NCBI GenBank assembly: GCA_013239625.1
Contig: MU053487.1
Span: 2,811,058 to 2,875,057, forward strand
Reading direction: 5' to 3'
Source: Lama guanicoe
Taxonomy: Eukaryota
Length of the DNA: 64,000 nucleotides
The position numbers and the translations under genes are program-made. The notes beneath the pieces are model-generated. The model made no database searches, was not told the DNA's origin, and saw nothing but the letters and a program-made list of their open reading frames with translations. This document shows positions 60,401 through 64,000 of this stretch, piece by piece. Position 1 is the first letter of the stretch. Every line of letters begins with the position of its first letter.

Positions 60401-60999
60401 AATCTCTCAGATGCTTTGCCGAGACTCTGGCTGGCTGACTGGGGAAATTGGTCCCTGCCTCCGTGGCTGGAGGTGGTGCTGCTTCTCCCTAGCATTAGAG
60501 TTTAAGACGGCAGGCAGGTAGGGTCTCACCATGCAGGAAGTGATGAGGTGAGCTCCTCTGCAAAGGAAAGGAAGGTAACTGGAACATATGCTGGAGAAAA
60601 CGGAAATTCAAACCCAGGGAGGGTTCCTGAGGGCCTTAGAGGAAAGTCCCAGGACACTATTGGGGAGTGGGAGGGTGTGGGACGCTGTCCCTTCCTAGAG
60701 GTGAGAGTGTCACTGAGCACAGCTGCTGTGCATCTGAGATTGAGAGAAAGAGAATGTGTCCACAACTAAAAAAAGCGAAAAGGTTCCCTGGGCCAGAGAA
60801 TGGACTCTGCTTGAGTCTAGCCGTGTTACTAACAGGAAGTAGACAGACAAGTCTAACCTCCACCAAGTTGAGTCTAGTGGTACTTTCTCGGTCCTCTTTT
60901 TTTTTTTTCTGGACCCCATCATCAATTATTAGTATAGTTAACTACTTCATTTGTAGACCCATCTAGCCGTCATGCACATCATGAAGAACGTTTCTAACG

Positions 61000-61762
61000 G
61001 TGTAGAGAAGGATGTCCAAAATGGGATCCTAATCCCCCAGCATGTGTTCCATTTGCAGGAAGCATCAACTCCATATCTTCCTGGCTCCCTGTTTCTCTCA
61101 CATCCCACAGCTGTTGCACCATGGCCTGGTGGCTGGACATCCAGAGTTGGTCCGTGGGGCAACCACTTTTCAGCATCGTCTCTGCTTCCATCCTGGCCCA
61201 AGTCTCCATTGTCTTTACCTTTTATTGACTGCAGTGGCTTCCTTCCTAACTGGTAACCCTTGGCATGTTAGTCTCCCTTGTTCACCTCCCTCCAGTGGTT
61301 TCCTGTCTCATTGTAAAGCTTCATTCTTCCAGTAACCACAAGGCTCTATAAGACCTGACTCAACTGCTGCCTATGTGAACACATCTACCATTCTCCTCCT
61401 TGTCCTCTCCACTGCAGCCACCGGGGCCTCCTTGCTGTTCTTTGCAACATACCAAGCTTGTTCCTGCCTCAGGGTCTTTGCACTGGCTCCTCCCGCAGAC
61501 ATGCACATGCCCACTCCTTCAATTCCTTCTTGTTTTTGCTCAGATGTCACCTGATTAGAAATTCCCTACTATTCCACACACCCCCATCTCTTACCTTTAC
61601 CCTAATTTTCTTTGTTGAACTTATCCTTGGACATAATATTTGTTGCTAATTGTCTTGAGTGGCTTTTTAGTCACCGATTCACCCCTAACACCTGAAGTGC
61701 CTGAGATACAGTCTCATCTCAATATTGTTGACTGAACAAATGCATGGATATGGATAGATGAA
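61000..61762 (+). mobile_element. L2 3' fragment
   Basis: ccactgcagccaccggggcctccttgctgttc...ttcctgcctcagggtctttgcactggct...ctcaatattgttgactgaacaaatg. Confidence 0.75.
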
Positions 61763-62333
61763 AGATATTTCTATCTTTCTATGTACTTTATGATTACCAT
61801 GTCAGTTATCTTTAGGTCTTAGATTGCACTAACAGTTTGTAAGTATTAAATACTCTTTTTAAACAACTAGTGGTTTGGAGAGATTTGCTAATTTCTTATC
61901 TTCCTGGAAGGGGACACCATCAAGCATTAGAGACATGGAGAAATGCTACCCCCACCTGGTGATAGAGCTTGGTGCTGTAACTTATCACTGAGGGGGCAGC
62001 TCTGTGTCTGTGCCTTTTAGTGACAGGCGATGGATCAAGGCCATGCTTGCAGGCTTTTCTGCACACCCTCTTCATTGGAAGCCAGCAGCTCTTTCTGAGC
62101 AGAGCAGTCCTCTGTCCATGTGTGTTTCTAGTGGCCCCAGGTTTGCAGGCCAGTGGTAGGGCGGGGGATGTGAACTACAGTCCCACGGGCTTGAAAAGCA
62201 TCTGTGCTATGAATTCTTTAAAAGAACCCAAAGGGACATCCATGTCTTGGTTAGGTTTCCCAGAAGGAAACCCCAAGGCAAGAAGTCAAACGCAAGTAGT
62301 TTGTTTGGGAGGGGAAGGTAGGGGAATGGGAGA

Positions 62334-62373
62334 CACACACATACACACATGCATACATATATACATATACTTG

Positions 62374-62446
<73 letters not shown>
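62334..62446. repeat. (TACATA)n hexanucleotide microsatellite with CA/TA lead-in
   Basis: Pure TACATA array at ~62374-62446. Confidence 0.95.
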
Positions 62447-63149
62447 CTTCTCTGGGAGAGTTAAAGGAGGACCTTGCAGAGCCCACAGCCTTTGAATGGA
62501 GAGCTCTGTCCTGTTTGCATTGACTCACCTCAGCATGAAAAATGCAACTCTCTAAAGCTTTACCAGAAGGAAGAACACTGGGTGACTGGTATCTGGAGTC
62601 TTGGAAGGAGAGGTGGGGCTGTATTTGGGGGGAGGGGATTCTGGAGACCTCCTCACGCAGTGAACTTCAGGAGGGGAGTTCCTAGCACTCCTTCCAAGGA
62701 TGCCTCTTTCTGTAAGTCACAGCTGGGAAATGTGTCATCTCAGGGTGCCTCCTGGCCAGGCATCCTCTCACGCAAACTCAGCCTCTCCAAATGCAGCCGG
62801 CCCTCCTCCAGACGGAGAAGTGATGATTCCATAGACATCCTCTGAGTACCTGTGTTGTGTGATGAGGGACCCAGGGGTCCAAACATGATGGGATGTTGAC
62901 TCTGCCCCTGGGGGAGTGCCCCACAGAGAATCACTTCGCAAAGGCTCCTGCTGTTGGAATAAGAGGAGGTTGTATTACTTCCCAATCCTGGGAGGGATGT
63001 CAGTTCTGCTTAGAAAGATCTGCTGGGACCCCACAGCCCAGCAGTGACCACGAAGAATTATTGGCGTGTTTGTCCCAAATTTTTTCTTCTATTTTTTATG
63101 TTCTTACTTACATGTTTGAATATATATCATGTGAAGGGACATGGAGAGT

Positions 63150-64000
63150 CTTTTATGAATGTTGAACCAGAAATAGTGATAACCATTTGCCTACAGGATC
63201 TGTCCCCAATTTGACCTTTGTCTTTTAACTTTATTTGTCACAGTTTGCCCAACAGAGGTCTTTAATACTTGTATAGTCAGTTCATCCATCTCTTACCTTT
63301 ATGCATAGTTTCTGACTTGGATGTTGGCTTAGAAATTCCTCCCCACCTCCAGATATCGACCCAAATATTTATTAATGCTTCATGGTTTCTTTTTTTTTAA
63401 TGCTTAAATTTTCAATTCATTTTTACTGGAATTTACTTTGGCGTAAGGAGAAAAATGTAGAGATCCAACTTTATTTCTTCTAACTGGTCACAAGTAATCA
63501 GATGTCTCCGAAAGATTGGTTCAGCACTCCGTTACTCGCCCACAGCCCCACGGACTCAGAGTTACCCTCTTCTTCGTGTTCTAGAATTCCCATTTACATC
63601 TGGATATGAGATTGTTCTGTTCCCTGATCACTCTACCTTGGGGTCACACCATGAGCTATAGTTGCTGAAGCTTAATATGACATTTTAATATCTGAAGAAA
63701 TGTCTCTCTCAGCGCTCAGCTTTTTCTGCCATCACATGCTTTTCTTTCAAGTAAGCCATTCTTTTAGGTTCAGAAAAATTCTGTAGCAATGCGACTAGAA
63801 CTATTTTAAATATATTTTAATTTTAGAAGAGTCTGTATACATTTTTCAGTTTTCAGGTTTCTCCTCCAAGAACCTGATCTGTATGTCCATCTACTTTTTT
63901 TCCTTTCTCTCCCATCTCCATCCTACATGGTCTTGTTTTTCCTGGGTATTTACTATTGTAAGTGGTATCCTTTTGCATGATATTGTGTGGCTGGCTTTTA
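63150..64000 (-). mobile_element. Ancient L1 (L1M-type) ORF2 remnant
   Basis: T-rich strand with ttgtcttttaactttattt...ttttactggaatttactttggcgtaagg...agatccaactttatt...ttgttctgttccctgatc, typical of reverse L1M ORF2. Confidence 0.6.

Noticed and set aside
62020..62528. 167-aa and 80-aa ORFs with YI/MY runs; likewise the ORFs at 14654-14996
   Set aside because: Products of TACATA and TG/TA microsatellites.
48636..64000. Next ITGA9 exon (expected to begin roughly EEMGISCELLE...)
   Set aside because: Not found by eye or in the ORF track; presumably beyond the window end. No upstream ITGA9 exon was found in 1-9524 either.
1..64000. Antisense lncRNA, miRNA or snoRNA nested in the ITGA9 introns
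   Set aside because: I could identify no recognisable hairpin or box motifs; lncRNAs cannot be called from sequence alone.

Overview
Mammalian genomic DNA, almost certainly from a camelid, judged by two copies of a tRNA-Ala(AGC)-derived vic-1-type SINE. The whole window lies inside the integrin alpha-9 gene (ITGA9, + strand). Three internal coding exons are supported by canonical AG/GT sites and join in frame: 9525-9674 (150 nt), 25026-25102 (77 nt, not in the ORF track in its coding frame) and 48485-48635 (151 nt). They are probably exons 16-18 and cover the thigh end, genu and start of calf-1. The rest is intron packed with old transposon fossils (MIR, L2, L1/HAL1, MLT1, LTR16/LTR33-like ERVL LTRs, hAT MITEs, MADE2), microsatellites and two N-gaps. 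Almost all ORF-track entries are spurious. The most unusual object is a ~780-bp Mutator-like (MULE) DNA-transposon fossil at ~28086-28869. It has 83-bp inverted repeats built from 15-bp subunits, and a decayed FLYWCH zinc finger joined to the C-terminal RTNN..E-type segment of a MULE transposase. Also notable are a TSD-flanked inverted L1 ORF2 fragment (19.2-19.6 kb) and a CCAAT-box minisatellite grown out of an LTR terminus (58.0 kb). I see no evidence of a novel functional multi-gene system. Repeat family names come from my recall of consensus sequences, not from a search.
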